The notes: generated from the letters alone by a model not told the origin. Counted from the first letter of the stretch, positions 29,618-40,121 are shown. The stretch: 64,000 nucleotides of DNA from Candidatus Hydrogenedentota bacterium (GCA_963668025.2 CAXXTH010000019.1:32001-96000); one strand, 5' to 3'. Made by a program: numbers and translations.

Positions 29618-31096
29618 ATGAGAATCAGTAATGTACACAGGGGAATGGGCCTTCTCTGTGCGGCAGCCGCGATGGGGATATGCCTTCCACTTGCCGCGTC
29701 CGCGGCAACACTCGAAGTGACGCATTCGCCGGGAGCAGAGCAATATGACAGTGTGAATGCGGCGCTAGCGGTGGCGACGGATAACGATGTTATCGAAATC
29801 ATCGACAACAGCGCGGCGTTTGTCGAGGCGGTGGTGGTTGACGGAACCACGTTGTCCAAGAACAACCTGACACTACGCGGCCAAGCGGGCCTTGATCCGA
29901 AGCCTGTTATTCAAGGCCCTTCTTCCCCAGAGTCAACGACATGGGATCTCGGCATGACGATGGTGTTTTCCTATGGCGGGGCCAATGTCGATAATCTGCA
30001 AGTAGCCAATATTCGTTTCGAGGCGAACGGCGCGGGCACATGTGTGGACGCCCGCTTCTGGAACGGGGCCACCTTCGATAATTGCGAACTGATCGGCGGC
30101 GTATTCAATTCGGTCCGCAGCCAGGTAGCCTCTACTTTGAATAACTGTTACCTCGAAGGCGGATACAACATCGTCGAGCATTTTTTTGGCGGGCCGCTCG
30201 CATTGAACAACTGCACGGTGCGCGGCGGATCCAGCGGCGCAATGCTCTTGCATAGCGGCACGCTCAATGTGGATAGCTGCTATATCGCGGGCGAAGCGGG
30301 CTGCGCCATCAACTGCGATAACAACGCGGACTGGGGTGATGTGTATTTGAACCTGTCCAACAGCGTCATCACCGATTTTTCGAGCAGCGCAAATAATCTG
30401 ATCCCGATTCAAGCGTCGCATAACAACCCATTCCATATGACCATCGACAATTGCGATCTTATCGGTGGCGAGGGCGATGCCAGCAACACCAATACTGGCG
30501 CGGCGATTATTTTCATGCGGGATTTCGATTCCGTAACGATTACGGACACCATCTTTTTTAATATTTCCAGTGTGGCTTACGCTGTCGTTGACAACCATGT
30601 CGGCACACTAAACGAAGACTACAATTTCTACAGCAAAGCCCCGAATAATCTGGCGGACCAGGGCTTCGCCATGGGCGCGCACTCGGTGGACGACCGCGAT
30701 GGCGCCAATCCCTTGTATGTCGATCCGCTGAACCTAGATTTCCGCCTGCTGGCCACTTCGCCTGCCGCGACATTGAATAGCACGGGCACGCCAGGGTTTG
30801 CAGGTTCGCAAGGCGTGGAAGAGGTGGTTGATACGGACGGCGATGGCCTCGCGGACTCCGTCGAGACGGATACGGGCGTGTATGTGAGCGTGTCCGATAC
30901 GGGCACGGACCCGAATGACGCGGACTCCGATGATGATACTTACAACGATGGGGCGGAAGTGGCTGCTGGCACGGACCCGAATGATCCACTGTCATATCCA
31001 GGCGGCGGAGAGGGATTGCCTGTGGCAGGCTTGCTGGGACTATCCGTATTAGCGGGCGTGATGGCAGCGGCGGCTGCACGGCGAATCCGGAGCTAA
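29618..31096 (+). CDS. Secreted right-handed beta-helix protein with Ca-binding DxDxDG repeats and C-terminal sorting anchor
   Basis: Signal peptide, Asn/Cys-ladder repeats, DFRLLATSPA, DTDGDGLAD...GTDPND, and terminal LPVAGLLGLSVLAGVMAAAAARRIRS. Confidence 0.75.
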   Translation: MRISNVHRGMGLLCAAAAMGICLPLAASAATLEVTHSPGAEQYDSVNAALAVATDNDVIEIIDNSAAFVEAVVVDGTTLSKNNLTLRGQAGLDPKPVIQGPSSPESTTWDLGMTMVFSYGGANVDNLQVANIRFEANGAGTCVDARFWNGATFDNCELIGGVFNSVRSQVASTLNNCYLEGGYNIVEHFFGGPLALNNCTVRGGSSGAMLLHSGTLNVDSCYIAGEAGCAINCDNNADWGDVYLNLSNSVITDFSSSANNLIPIQASHNNPFHMTIDNCDLIGGEGDASNTNTGAAIIFMRDFDSVTITDTIFFNISSVAYAVVDNHVGTLNEDYNFYSKAPNNLADQGFAMGAHSVDDRDGANPLYVDPLNLDFRLLATSPAATLNSTGTPGFAGSQGVEEVVDTDGDGLADSVETDTGVYVSVSDTGTDPNDADSDDDTYNDGAEVAAGTDPNDPLSYPGGGEGLPVAGLLGLSVLAGVMAAAAARRIRS

Positions 31097-31148
31097 ACGG
31101 AACGGCATTAGCCAAGTTAACTGCACAAAAATCACGTTAGCATCCATC

Positions 31149-31183
31149 GAGGGCCGCCGGCTGGCCGGCTGGCGGCCCTCTTC
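31149..31183 (+). terminator. GC-rich hairpin after the pilin/partner pair (weak terminator or mRNA stabiliser)
   Basis: GAGGGCCGCC-N12-GGCGGCCCTC with only a short T-tract. Confidence 0.6.
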
Positions 31184-31379
31184 AACAAGAAAGCATGCTA
31201 GAAAACGTATCCGCCCAAGAGTGGAGCAGGCAAGCCATCAGACGGAAAACCTGAGTTTTGCAGTGCGGCAGCTTGCTGCCGCTTTGGGCGTGTGGATTTT
31301 CATCGCATATCCCTTGGTGATAGGTGGCGAGGTGAATTCGCGCAAACCGCTCTAGAAACCAGCAAAGGAGGTGTAACTC

Positions 31380-33386
31380 GTGAAATGTGTGTTGTTCAAG
31401 CCCGAGAAGCGATTCGCCTCGCTCGCATCACTCCCATTATATGGACTTATTCTACTGTGCATGATGTGTTGCACGGCGGGCCACGCGCAACGCTGGGATT
31501 TTGAATCTGGCCTGGACGGGTGGGAAGGCTTTGGCACGGTGGCTTCGGCTGAGGCGGTGGATGGGGCCATGCAAATCACTTATCCGGCGTCCCAGTTGTC
31601 CGGCGCGCCGGGGGCCGTGCGTTCGGGCATTAGTTTTAACAGCGCGGATTATCGTTACTTAGCGCTGGACATCGAGATTCGCAATGCGCCTACGACCGCG
31701 CCCGTCACGTGCCTGGTTTGGTGGATGCAGACGGCGGGCGGCACGAATGGCGGCGTGGGGGCGCGCACGTTCCAGGTTAAGCCTATCGCGGGGCGGCAGC
31801 CAGTGTTGCTCGATATGCTTGCTTCCGGCGATCTATTCGATGCATGGGCGGGGCAGATCATCCAGCTTCGAATTGAAACACCCTGGGAATATGACGCTTC
31901 GAACATGGGGGATGCGTGGAAAGACGCCGTCACGTGCGTGGACCGCATCGAGCTCTCCACGACGCCGGGCATACCAGAGTATCCGGCGGATTCGGAGTGG
32001 GGAGCGCTCGATGCTGCATATGACCCGATGCAGTGGCCAGGCGGGCGTTTTAATGACCGGCGCAGTCTGTACGAGATCGACGAATCGCGCAATGTCCTTT
32101 CTGGCTTTGGAAACATGTACCACCCCAAAGTGCTGCAAACGAATGATCCAAATTATCCGTACAAGATGTGGTTTTTCGGTTGGGCGGCGGCGGATTGCAA
32201 TCCGGGGTATAGCGGGTGCGACGCCATTTTTCATGCGCGTTCGGCGGATATGGATAATTGGGAAGTCTATAGCGGCTCGAATACGTGGGACAGCACGATG
32301 GATCCCTCCAAATGGGTTCCTGTGATCGCAGCCGACGAGAAGCCGTATGATGAGTGGCACAATGGCGATCCTTCCGTTGTGTACCATGACGGCTTGTATT
32401 ACATGGCGTATTCAGCCACGGGCCGCAACAATGATGGCTATATCTATTGCGTGATGGGCGCTACTTCGGCGGATGGCATTTATTGGCAGCGCACCAGCGC
32501 GCCGCTTCTGGTTTATGGTCCAGAAATTTCCGGGGGCGCGTCCGAAAGCGATGCAACCCGCTGGGGCATGTTCCACCGCCCTTCATTGATGCTTGAAAAC
32601 GGCTATTGGCGCTTATGGTTTGATTACTGGCTTGCGGCCGATGGCGGCGTGTCCATGGGGTATGCGGAAACGCCGGAAGCCCAATTCACGGAAGGCAAAT
32701 TCCAGGTGCTTTTCGCAGGCGATAATCCGCTGCTCAAGCAATGGCCTAATCCATCCGTGGTAAAAGCGGGCTGCAAATATTACAGTTTTTCGGACGCCAC
32801 TGGGTATGGCAGCGGCTGGCCCAGCCGCCAAATCGTCGAGGCGGAATCGGATGATGGGCTTAACTGGACCATCACTGGCTACATTCCTCCTGATTCCGAT
32901 AGCCCTGCGGACCAAGTGCCAGAAGCTACGGTGATCACGGAAAACGGCTATACCTGGCTGGTGGTGTTTTATGCCTGCCAGATTGGCGGCGACCCATACG
33001 ACTGGCGCTATAACCGCATCCGCTATATGAAGCGGATGGTGGATGATTGCTCCGCGGATGGGCGCAGCTTCCGTCCTGGCGATGTGGCGAGTTTGTGCGT
33101 GCCAGGGCCAGTGGCGGCGGACAGCACCTATACGTGGACGAAAGACGGCGAGGAACTAGCGGCGGAACGTTTCGTGGGAGCGGATTCCCGCACTTTGCAG
33201 ATTAACCCGGTTGGCCTTTCGGATGCTGGAACGTACCGGTGTGAATACCTAGACGAAAATAATGAACCTGCCCTATTCGAACTGACCATCTACGTCGCGT
33301 ATGCGGCTCCATTGGCCGCTTTGCCCGGTTTGGCGGTGATGCTGTGCGTATTGATGTATGCGGGCGCTACCCGCATCAAGAATTAG
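31380..33386 (+). CDS. Anchored five-bladed beta-propeller glycoside hydrolase-like protein with N-terminal CBM-like and C-terminal Ig-like domains
   Basis: Signal peptide, WDFESGLDGW, WHNGDPSVV, repeated Asp-box-like SxDGxxW, YTWTKDG...DAGTYRC, and terminal APLAALPGLAVMLCVLMYAGATRIKN. RBS AAGGAGGT with GTG start. Confidence 0.7.
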   Translation: MKCVLFKPEKRFASLASLPLYGLILLCMMCCTAGHAQRWDFESGLDGWEGFGTVASAEAVDGAMQITYPASQLSGAPGAVRSGISFNSADYRYLALDIEIRNAPTTAPVTCLVWWMQTAGGTNGGVGARTFQVKPIAGRQPVLLDMLASGDLFDAWAGQIIQLRIETPWEYDASNMGDAWKDAVTCVDRIELSTTPGIPEYPADSEWGALDAAYDPMQWPGGRFNDRRSLYEIDESRNVLSGFGNMYHPKVLQTNDPNYPYKMWFFGWAAADCNPGYSGCDAIFHARSADMDNWEVYSGSNTWDSTMDPSKWVPVIAADEKPYDEWHNGDPSVVYHDGLYYMAYSATGRNNDGYIYCVMGATSADGIYWQRTSAPLLVYGPEISGGASESDATRWGMFHRPSLMLENGYWRLWFDYWLAADGGVSMGYAETPEAQFTEGKFQVLFAGDNPLLKQWPNPSVVKAGCKYYSFSDATGYGSGWPSRQIVEAESDDGLNWTITGYIPPDSDSPADQVPEATVITENGYTWLVVFYACQIGGDPYDWRYNRIRYMKRMVDDCSADGRSFRPGDVASLCVPGPVAADSTYTWTKDGEELAAERFVGADSRTLQINPVGLSDAGTYRCEYLDENNEPALFELTIYVAYAAPLAALPGLAVMLCVLMYAGATRIKN

Positions 33387-33422
33387 GATTCATTGGGAAA
33401 TTCATTTGAAAGGAGATTACCC

Positions 33423-34550
33423 ATGCGTTTGGGATGTATTACGTTTCTCATCTCTTTAGCAGCCTTTTACACGGGCGCGTCGGACGAACTGCGGCCCATC
33501 CAAAGCAACAATGCTTGGGAGCGCATCGAGAAACCGCTGATCTGGAATTTTGATAACATGTACCAGCCGTGTGTACGCGAGTTTCCCGGCGAGGAATATC
33601 CGTACAAGATGTGGTTCTTCGGCTGGTCGGCGGAGAGCACCAATCCGAAATTTCCGGGTTGTGACGCCATCTATCTGGCCCGCTCCAAGAATCTGGCGGA
33701 TTGGGAGATTTATTCCGACGGCGGGAGCTGGGACGCCAACATGGATCCTAAGCTATGGATGCCCGTGATTTATGCGGACAATAAATACTACGATGAATGG
33801 CACAATGGCGATCCTTCAGTGGTGTATAAAGACGGGCGCTATTATATGGCGTTCAGCTCGACGAGCAAGCCATTTACGGAGGAAATCAAGGGCCATCCCA
33901 ATAAAATGATGCTATGCGTGATGGGCGCGGAGTCGGATGATGGCATCCATTGGACCAAAACAGAGCAGCCGCTGCTGATTGAGCCGGTGGAAGCACAGAA
34001 ACCGGAATCGGATGAAGGATGGCTTGGCGATTTTCATCGTCCGAGCCTGATGTGGGAGCAGGGTAAATGGCGGCTTTGGTTTGATTATTGGCATCCCACC
34101 AAAGGCTTATGCATGGGGTATGCGGAAAACGCGGGGGATTTCGCCGCCAAAGGCGGATTCAAAATTGTAAGCGATTTGCAGAAACCGCTCATCGAGAATT
34201 GGCCAAATCCGGAAGTGGTTAAGGCCGGGGGGCGGTATTACGCGTTCGCCGACCCGTCCGGGTATCCACCTAAAAACAATGATGCGAATGCCGGATGGAC
34301 CAGCCGCGCTTTATGTGAGGCGGTTTCAAAAGACGGCCTTACGTGGGACATTATAGGATTCATCGCGCCGGATCCCGACTCCGCGGCATGCCATGTGCCG
34401 CAGGCGCTGGCCACCACGAAGGAAGGCAAGCCTTGGCTGTATTTGTTTTATGCGACGCAGCGGGGCGGCATGAATAAGGATGGCATATTTGATTACCGGT
34501 ATGATCGGATCAAAATGATGCGGCAGCCGCTCCCAAAAGATGGTGAATGA
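33423..34550 (+). CDS. Soluble secreted paralog of the beta-propeller glycosidase domain
   Basis: Shares YPYKMWFFGW, DEWHNGDPSVV, FHRPSLM and WRLWFDYW with 31380-33386. Has a signal peptide. Confidence 0.7.
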   Translation: MRLGCITFLISLAAFYTGASDELRPIQSNNAWERIEKPLIWNFDNMYQPCVREFPGEEYPYKMWFFGWSAESTNPKFPGCDAIYLARSKNLADWEIYSDGGSWDANMDPKLWMPVIYADNKYYDEWHNGDPSVVYKDGRYYMAFSSTSKPFTEEIKGHPNKMMLCVMGAESDDGIHWTKTEQPLLIEPVEAQKPESDEGWLGDFHRPSLMWEQGKWRLWFDYWHPTKGLCMGYAENAGDFAAKGGFKIVSDLQKPLIENWPNPEVVKAGGRYYAFADPSGYPPKNNDANAGWTSRALCEAVSKDGLTWDIIGFIAPDPDSAACHVPQALATTKEGKPWLYLFYATQRGGMNKDGIFDYRYDRIKMMRQPLPKDGE

Positions 34551-34586
34551 TGTTCCTTATCGTAAAGAGCCATGGAGAGGTAATGC

Positions 34587-35573
34587 ATGAGTAAGGCGAA
34601 CGGCATGACATCTCGCGAGCGAGTGGAGCGTGCGATACGATTCGAGAAGCCGGACCGTGTTCCGTTCAATTTTTGGATGGACCGTCGGCGCATGGCGGAA
34701 TTGGACGCCAAATATGGGAGTGATTTTCGAATTGGCCACTACGGCGCGGATGTGATTGAGAGTTACCATTGCTATCCCGCGTTCCCGTCGGGCGAACATC
34801 GGGAACAAAACGGCACGTGGTGGATGACCAGGGAATTGTTCGAGGATTGGCGTGAAGCCAAAGATATCCCTATGCCGGATCCATATGATCCCGTTTTGTA
34901 TGAACACCTGGATGCCGACCTCAAGAACAATCCAGAATGTGCGATCATCGTGAATTCACCCAATGTGCTGACCACGGTGGAAATGATGCGCCGGCAGGAA
35001 AACTTTTATATGGATATGCTCATGTATCCGGAAGAAGTGAAGGCGTTTCTTGGGCGCATCGCGGGCGTGATGGCGGCGGTGGCGGAGCAGGTGTGCCAGC
35101 GTGACATTACGGCGCTCTATGTGCAGGATGACGTGGCATATAATGGCGGCCTCCTCGTCTCGATGGAGCTGCTCCGCGACCTGATCCTGCCATGCTGGAA
35201 AAAGGTCATTGATGTGGGGCATGCCCATGGCAAGCCTGTATTCTTTCACACCGATGGCAAGGTCGACAGCATATGGAGCGTGTTCGCGGATGAATTGGGC
35301 GTGCGCATGCTGAACCCGCTGCAACCCGGCCTGCAAGATCTGCGGGCGTTCAAGGAGCAGTATCAGGGGCGGATGGGCGTCTATGGCGGCCTGGATACCG
35401 GCACGATTCATCTCATGACGCCCGAGGAGATACGGCGGCATGTGTTTGATTTGTTTGATAAGGCGCGCGCGGATGGGGGGCTGATTATATCGTCGCATGA
35501 TATTGATTACGCGGCTACGGAAGAACAGTTGGACGCATTGGTGCAAGCAATTAAAGCATGTACGTATGCGTAA
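34587..35573 (+). CDS. Uroporphyrinogen decarboxylase-family protein
   Basis: MTSRERVERAIRFEKPDRVP, QDDVAY, HTDG, NPLQP, GGLIISSH. Confidence 0.85.
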   Translation: MSKANGMTSRERVERAIRFEKPDRVPFNFWMDRRRMAELDAKYGSDFRIGHYGADVIESYHCYPAFPSGEHREQNGTWWMTRELFEDWREAKDIPMPDPYDPVLYEHLDADLKNNPECAIIVNSPNVLTTVEMMRRQENFYMDMLMYPEEVKAFLGRIAGVMAAVAEQVCQRDITALYVQDDVAYNGGLLVSMELLRDLILPCWKKVIDVGHAHGKPVFFHTDGKVDSIWSVFADELGVRMLNPLQPGLQDLRAFKEQYQGRMGVYGGLDTGTIHLMTPEEIRRHVFDLFDKARADGGLIISSHDIDYAATEEQLDALVQAIKACTYA

Positions 35574-35600
35574 CGCTCCTTTGATGAAATGGAAGGTTAC

Positions 35601-37343
35601 ATGTTAGCGATTCAAAATAGCGAGCTTGATCCCAGGGTGAGAATGTATGTAAGGCCGGAACGTGTCGTCTGGCATTCCGATGGGGCTTCTGCCCCAGAGC
35701 GGATGGAAAGCCTGTTGAAAACTACCATGCGCCAGTCGACCGTGCAGCGAAGCGATGGATGCATTCTGCGCCATAACGGGAGCGCTTCCGGCCTGCTCTT
35801 GGATTTTGGCCGCGAGCTATTCGGCGGTGTCCAAATCATAGCCCATAGGACTCGGGAAAACCAGGCTATGCGCCTGCGTATCCGGTTTGGCGAGTCAGTG
35901 AGCGAAGCCATGGGCGGGCCAAATATGGACCACGCCATACATGACACGATACTGCATGTGCCTTGGGCCGGAACGGCGGAGATTGGAAACACGGGTTTTC
36001 GATTTGTGCGTATTGACACATTGGATGAAGGCTCTTGGGTCGAGATATTAGCTGTCCGCGCGGTGCTTCTGTATCGCGATCTTGAATACAAAGGTGCGTT
36101 TGAATGCAGTGATGAACGCTTGAATCGGATCTGGCGGGCGGGCGCGTATACCGTCCAGCTCAATATGCAGGGATATGTTTGGGACGGCGTTAAGCGGGAT
36201 CAATTGGTGTGGGTGGGTGATCTGAATCCGGAAACCATGGTCATCAGCTCGGTGTTTGGGGAAGTGGACGTGCTGCCGCGCAGCTTGGATTTCGCCCGCG
36301 ACGAAGCGCCGCTGCCCCACTTCATGAATGGCATCTTCTCTTATTCATTGTGGTGGATCATTTGCCATCGCGACTGGTATCTCTACCATGGCAACAAGGC
36401 GTATCTCGAAGAGCAAAAGCCTTACCTATTGGAACTGTTGCGGCTTTTGGATACCTACACTGAAGCGAATTTGCCGGAGGGCTTCCTTGATTGGCCTTCT
36501 TCGCCCTACAAGGACGCCGTGCGTTCCGGTCTTTACGCATTATTCGTGATGGCGATGCAGGCAGGACGCCAGCTCTGCGAAGCGCTTCAGGAGCCCGCAG
36601 CCGCCGCGCGCTGCGAAGCAGCCGCAAGCCGCTGGCTCAAATCCACGCCCTCCCATTATGGCGTCAAGACAGCCGCGGCGCTAATGGCGCTGGCGGGAAT
36701 GATTCCCGCGCAACAGGCAAACGATGAGATTCTTGCGGCAGACCCATTGAAGGGCGTATCGACGTTCTATGGGTATTATGTATTGCAGGCGCGCGCGCTG
36801 GCAGGGGATTATACGGGCTGCTTAGATGTCATTCGCCGTTTTTGGGGCGCAATGCTCGATTTTGGCGCAACGACCTTTTGGGAAGATTTTAACTTGGATT
36901 GGACCCGGAACGCGGGTCGGATTGATGAACTCGTGCAGGAAGGGAAAGATGACCTTCATGCGGATTTCGGCGATTATTGTTACAAAGGCTTGCGGCATAG
37001 CCTTTGCCATGGGTGGGCGGGCGGTCCGACGGCATGGCTCAGCGAGCATGTTTTAGGATTTCAACCGCTTTTACCAGGTTGCAGCGTGCTGGCCGTCAGT
37101 CCTCATCTTGGGGATTTGGAATGGGCGCGGGGCGCTTTCCCCACGCCGCACGGCGTGGTGCGTGTATCGCATACCAAAACAGTGTCCGGCGTAGTTTCTA
37201 CTACAGTAGATGCTCCGGACGGCGTTCATGTGATTCTTAACGCTCCGAATGCTTCTTTGCCGTCCAGTGCGAGTGCGGCGCCTTGCAGCAGCAATAAATG
37301 GCAGGCGGATAGCACGCGTGGTGTGTTTTTCTTCCCGAATTAA
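35601..37343 (+). CDS. Alpha-L-rhamnosidase-family (GH78) glycosidase
   Basis: LLDFGRE, GFRFVRI, WDGVKRD, GATTFWE, SLCHGWAGGP, PTPHG. Confidence 0.88.
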   Translation: MLAIQNSELDPRVRMYVRPERVVWHSDGASAPERMESLLKTTMRQSTVQRSDGCILRHNGSASGLLLDFGRELFGGVQIIAHRTRENQAMRLRIRFGESVSEAMGGPNMDHAIHDTILHVPWAGTAEIGNTGFRFVRIDTLDEGSWVEILAVRAVLLYRDLEYKGAFECSDERLNRIWRAGAYTVQLNMQGYVWDGVKRDQLVWVGDLNPETMVISSVFGEVDVLPRSLDFARDEAPLPHFMNGIFSYSLWWIICHRDWYLYHGNKAYLEEQKPYLLELLRLLDTYTEANLPEGFLDWPSSPYKDAVRSGLYALFVMAMQAGRQLCEALQEPAAAARCEAAASRWLKSTPSHYGVKTAAALMALAGMIPAQQANDEILAADPLKGVSTFYGYYVLQARALAGDYTGCLDVIRRFWGAMLDFGATTFWEDFNLDWTRNAGRIDELVQEGKDDLHADFGDYCYKGLRHSLCHGWAGGPTAWLSEHVLGFQPLLPGCSVLAVSPHLGDLEWARGAFPTPHGVVRVSHTKTVSGVVSTTVDAPDGVHVILNAPNASLPSSASAAPCSSNKWQADSTRGVFFFPN

Positions 37344-37389
37344 GAGGGAAACAAAAGTGACAGGATGCTGATGCCGTTGTTTTTTTGCT

Positions 37390-37445
37390 CCCCGTAGCAT
37401 GGGCGTCCCGCCCATGCACATTGCCGGGACGGCCATGCTACGGGA
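37390..37445. repeat. REP-like inverted pair, family B
   Basis: CCCGTAGCATGGGCGTCCCGCCCATG...GGGACGGCCATGCTACGGG. Confidence 0.8.
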
Positions 37446-37615
37446 ATCGCCACTCTCACCTGATGGGTGAAAGCGTAAAAAGTGGCACAGGGAATGATTG
37501 CTGAAAAAGAGCGGAATTCTCATGCAAAGGGCTATGTGTTTGATTCGGGGAATTGGACCTTTTGTTTGTGCATTTTCGGCTTTTCTTTATTTATGTACGG
37601 AATGGAGTGAAATGT

Positions 37616-39205
37616 ATGCCGTGGCGTTTGGGACTCAGATGGACATCGTTGGCGGCCATTTTGTGCGGGGCTATCTGGCTGTACTGGCCGGAGCCAAGCG
37701 CGGATACAAACACCGTCGCCGCGCAGGAAGACATACAGCGTTCCAATGCCACGTATACCATCCGTTTCAGCGTCGGCCCTTTCTATATGCCAGGCACAAT
37801 CCCTTTCGGATTGGGCAAACCGCTCGAAGGCATGAACAAAGTGATCCAAGCCTTCGAGGAAAAATATCCTGACACGCATGTCGAAATTGTAAACGTGCCC
37901 GTGATGATTCGGGAATACTTGGTCACCCAGCTCAGCAGCGGCCTTGCTCCAGATATCATTTTCGTTAATGTCGAGGATGTGTGGGTGGACGTGCAGAAAG
38001 GCTGGTATGTGCCTTTAGATAAATTCCTCGAAGAGCCCAATCCATTTGTCCATGAGAAAGGAGATCCGGCTGCGCCGGGTTATAACCAGTGGTGGGACAT
38101 GTTCCAATACCAGGCGATCAGCCGGGGCAAGGCGGGGCCAGACGGAAAAACCTATTGCATTAGTTTGGACATGGTCGAAACGGGGATCTTTTATAACAAA
38201 GATATTTTCCGGGAAGCAGGCGTGGATGTCCCGCGGACCTGGGAAGAATTCATGGATATCCTCGAGCGCATCCAAAAAACGGGCCGACTTCCCCTGATCA
38301 TGCATCTGGATTGGTTCAATGATTGGGCGGTGGATTTGTTCATCGACCAAATGTATCACGACATTTTGCCTGGAATTGATCTGTTCAAGGATCCGATACG
38401 GGAGCCGTATTTGCAAGGATATCTCGATTGGGATGAGATCGCATTCTTATATCAGAAAGGATTCTTTACGAGCCGGGATCCGAGATATGCCGAAGTGTGG
38501 CGGATCATGAAGGAGCTCAAGAAGTTTTCGAGCGATAACATGACGACTTCGGACGTGGTGCGGGAATTCGTCACCGGCAATGGGGCGATGATTTGGAATA
38601 ATAGCTGCCTCACGTATCCGCTTACGGCAGATCCGGAAATAGACTTTGACTGGGGTGTTTTCTATCTTCCTCCGTTTACGAAGAAAACATCGCCTTTAGC
38701 GCCCGAAACGCCCTCGCCCATGTGCGTGATCGGCGGTTCGGCCACGCAATTTGAAGTGACGAATAGCGCGTATAACGATACGGGCGACCCGGACACTTCC
38801 GTGAAATTACAGCGCACCATCGCCTTTCTACAGTTTTTGACCTTGCCCGAGAATTGTGAGGAGGTGGTGAACGAGTATAGTTGCTTCATTCCGAACATCG
38901 TGGGCGTGCCCGTATTGGAGCCGCTAAAGCCGTTTGAAGAGATACTCAAGCGGGAATACACCACGACGAAATTCACCTATACGTTTGATCTGCGGTTTGG
39001 TGAAGTCCAGCGCCGGGCCCTTGAGCTGTATCTCATGGGCGGCATGAGCCTGGATGAACTCCTGGTTTGGCAAGATAAAAACATGGATGCGGCCGTGAAA
39101 AATGTCATGCAACGTAAAGGCGTTGACATGGATCGGCTGCAGCAATCATGGGATGCGCTGGCTCCGATGCGGGCGCAGGCCATTGGACTTCCAGATGAAG
39201 ACTAA
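37616..39205 (+). CDS. Carbohydrate ABC transporter substrate-binding protein
   Basis: N-terminal TM, FEEKYPDTHVE, APDII, IFYNKDIFREAGV..PRTWEEF. Confidence 0.88.
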   Translation: MPWRLGLRWTSLAAILCGAIWLYWPEPSADTNTVAAQEDIQRSNATYTIRFSVGPFYMPGTIPFGLGKPLEGMNKVIQAFEEKYPDTHVEIVNVPVMIREYLVTQLSSGLAPDIIFVNVEDVWVDVQKGWYVPLDKFLEEPNPFVHEKGDPAAPGYNQWWDMFQYQAISRGKAGPDGKTYCISLDMVETGIFYNKDIFREAGVDVPRTWEEFMDILERIQKTGRLPLIMHLDWFNDWAVDLFIDQMYHDILPGIDLFKDPIREPYLQGYLDWDEIAFLYQKGFFTSRDPRYAEVWRIMKELKKFSSDNMTTSDVVREFVTGNGAMIWNNSCLTYPLTADPEIDFDWGVFYLPPFTKKTSPLAPETPSPMCVIGGSATQFEVTNSAYNDTGDPDTSVKLQRTIAFLQFLTLPENCEEVVNEYSCFIPNIVGVPVLEPLKPFEEILKREYTTTKFTYTFDLRFGEVQRRALELYLMGGMSLDELLVWQDKNMDAAVKNVMQRKGVDMDRLQQSWDALAPMRAQAIGLPDED

Positions 39206-40121
39206 ACAACCGGAACATCCTAACCATAGCCTTCGGTTCATGCTGAGTTGTTATGGGATTTTGCTTGTGCCATTGGCCTTGCTTACTTTGTTTGTGTATC
39301 TGCCCGTGTTGTGGGCATTCACAAAGTCACTATATGAGTTTGAAGTGGGTTCGCCTTCCCGGTTCGTGGGACTCAGCAATTATACGGAATTTCTCATGAG
39401 TGATCCCGTTTCCTACCCAGCGTTGTTCAATATGTTTTTTTTGACGGTTTTCGCGGTATGCGTCCGCCTTACGCTGCCGTTGTTCGTAGCGAAAGGCATC
39501 CATTCTTTTACCAGCGATCGCTCCCGGTATTTCTATCGCATTATCTTTCTTGTGCCCATTGTCGTGCCTGGCGTGGCGGTGCAGCTCATATGGAGCGGCA
39601 TGGTGTACGCCGACAGGGGCTTGGTCAATGAAACCTTGCGGAGCCTCGGCCTCGGGAATCTGGCCACGGGATGGCTGAGCAATCCTTCCACCGCGTTGAT
39701 GGCGCTGGCGTTCGTGGGCTTTCCATTCATAGGCGGGTTCGAAGTGTTGATTTACTACGCAGGCCTATCGAGCATACCCGACAGCGTCAATGAGGCGGCC
39801 CGATTGGAAGGGTGTACGGGCATTCGGAAATTCTTCTTGATAGACATGCCGATGGTGATGAGCCAGATTAAGCTGATCCTCATTCTCACCATCATTGGCG
39901 GCATTCAGACATTCGAGGGGGTGTTTATTTTGTCCCGGGGCGGGCCTGGCTTCAAAACGATGGTCCCTGGCCTTTGGATGTATTACAACGCCTTTAGCTT
40001 CCAGCGCATGGGCTATGCCTGCGCCATCGGGGTGTGCCTGTTCGTGCTTATCCTGGGCCTCACTATTCTGAATTTCCGGTATATCAAGTCAGCGGAACAG
40101 CTCAAGGAGCAGCAGTCATGA
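39195..40121 (+). CDS. Carbohydrate ABC transporter permease
   Basis: FVGLSNY, EAA loop IPDSVNEAARLEG, GGPG, MGYACA. Confidence 0.92.
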   Translation: MKTKQPEHPNHSLRFMLSCYGILLVPLALLTLFVYLPVLWAFTKSLYEFEVGSPSRFVGLSNYTEFLMSDPVSYPALFNMFFLTVFAVCVRLTLPLFVAKGIHSFTSDRSRYFYRIIFLVPIVVPGVAVQLIWSGMVYADRGLVNETLRSLGLGNLATGWLSNPSTALMALAFVGFPFIGGFEVLIYYAGLSSIPDSVNEAARLEGCTGIRKFFLIDMPMVMSQIKLILILTIIGGIQTFEGVFILSRGGPGFKTMVPGLWMYYNAFSFQRMGYACAIGVCLFVLILGLTILNFRYIKSAEQLKEQQS

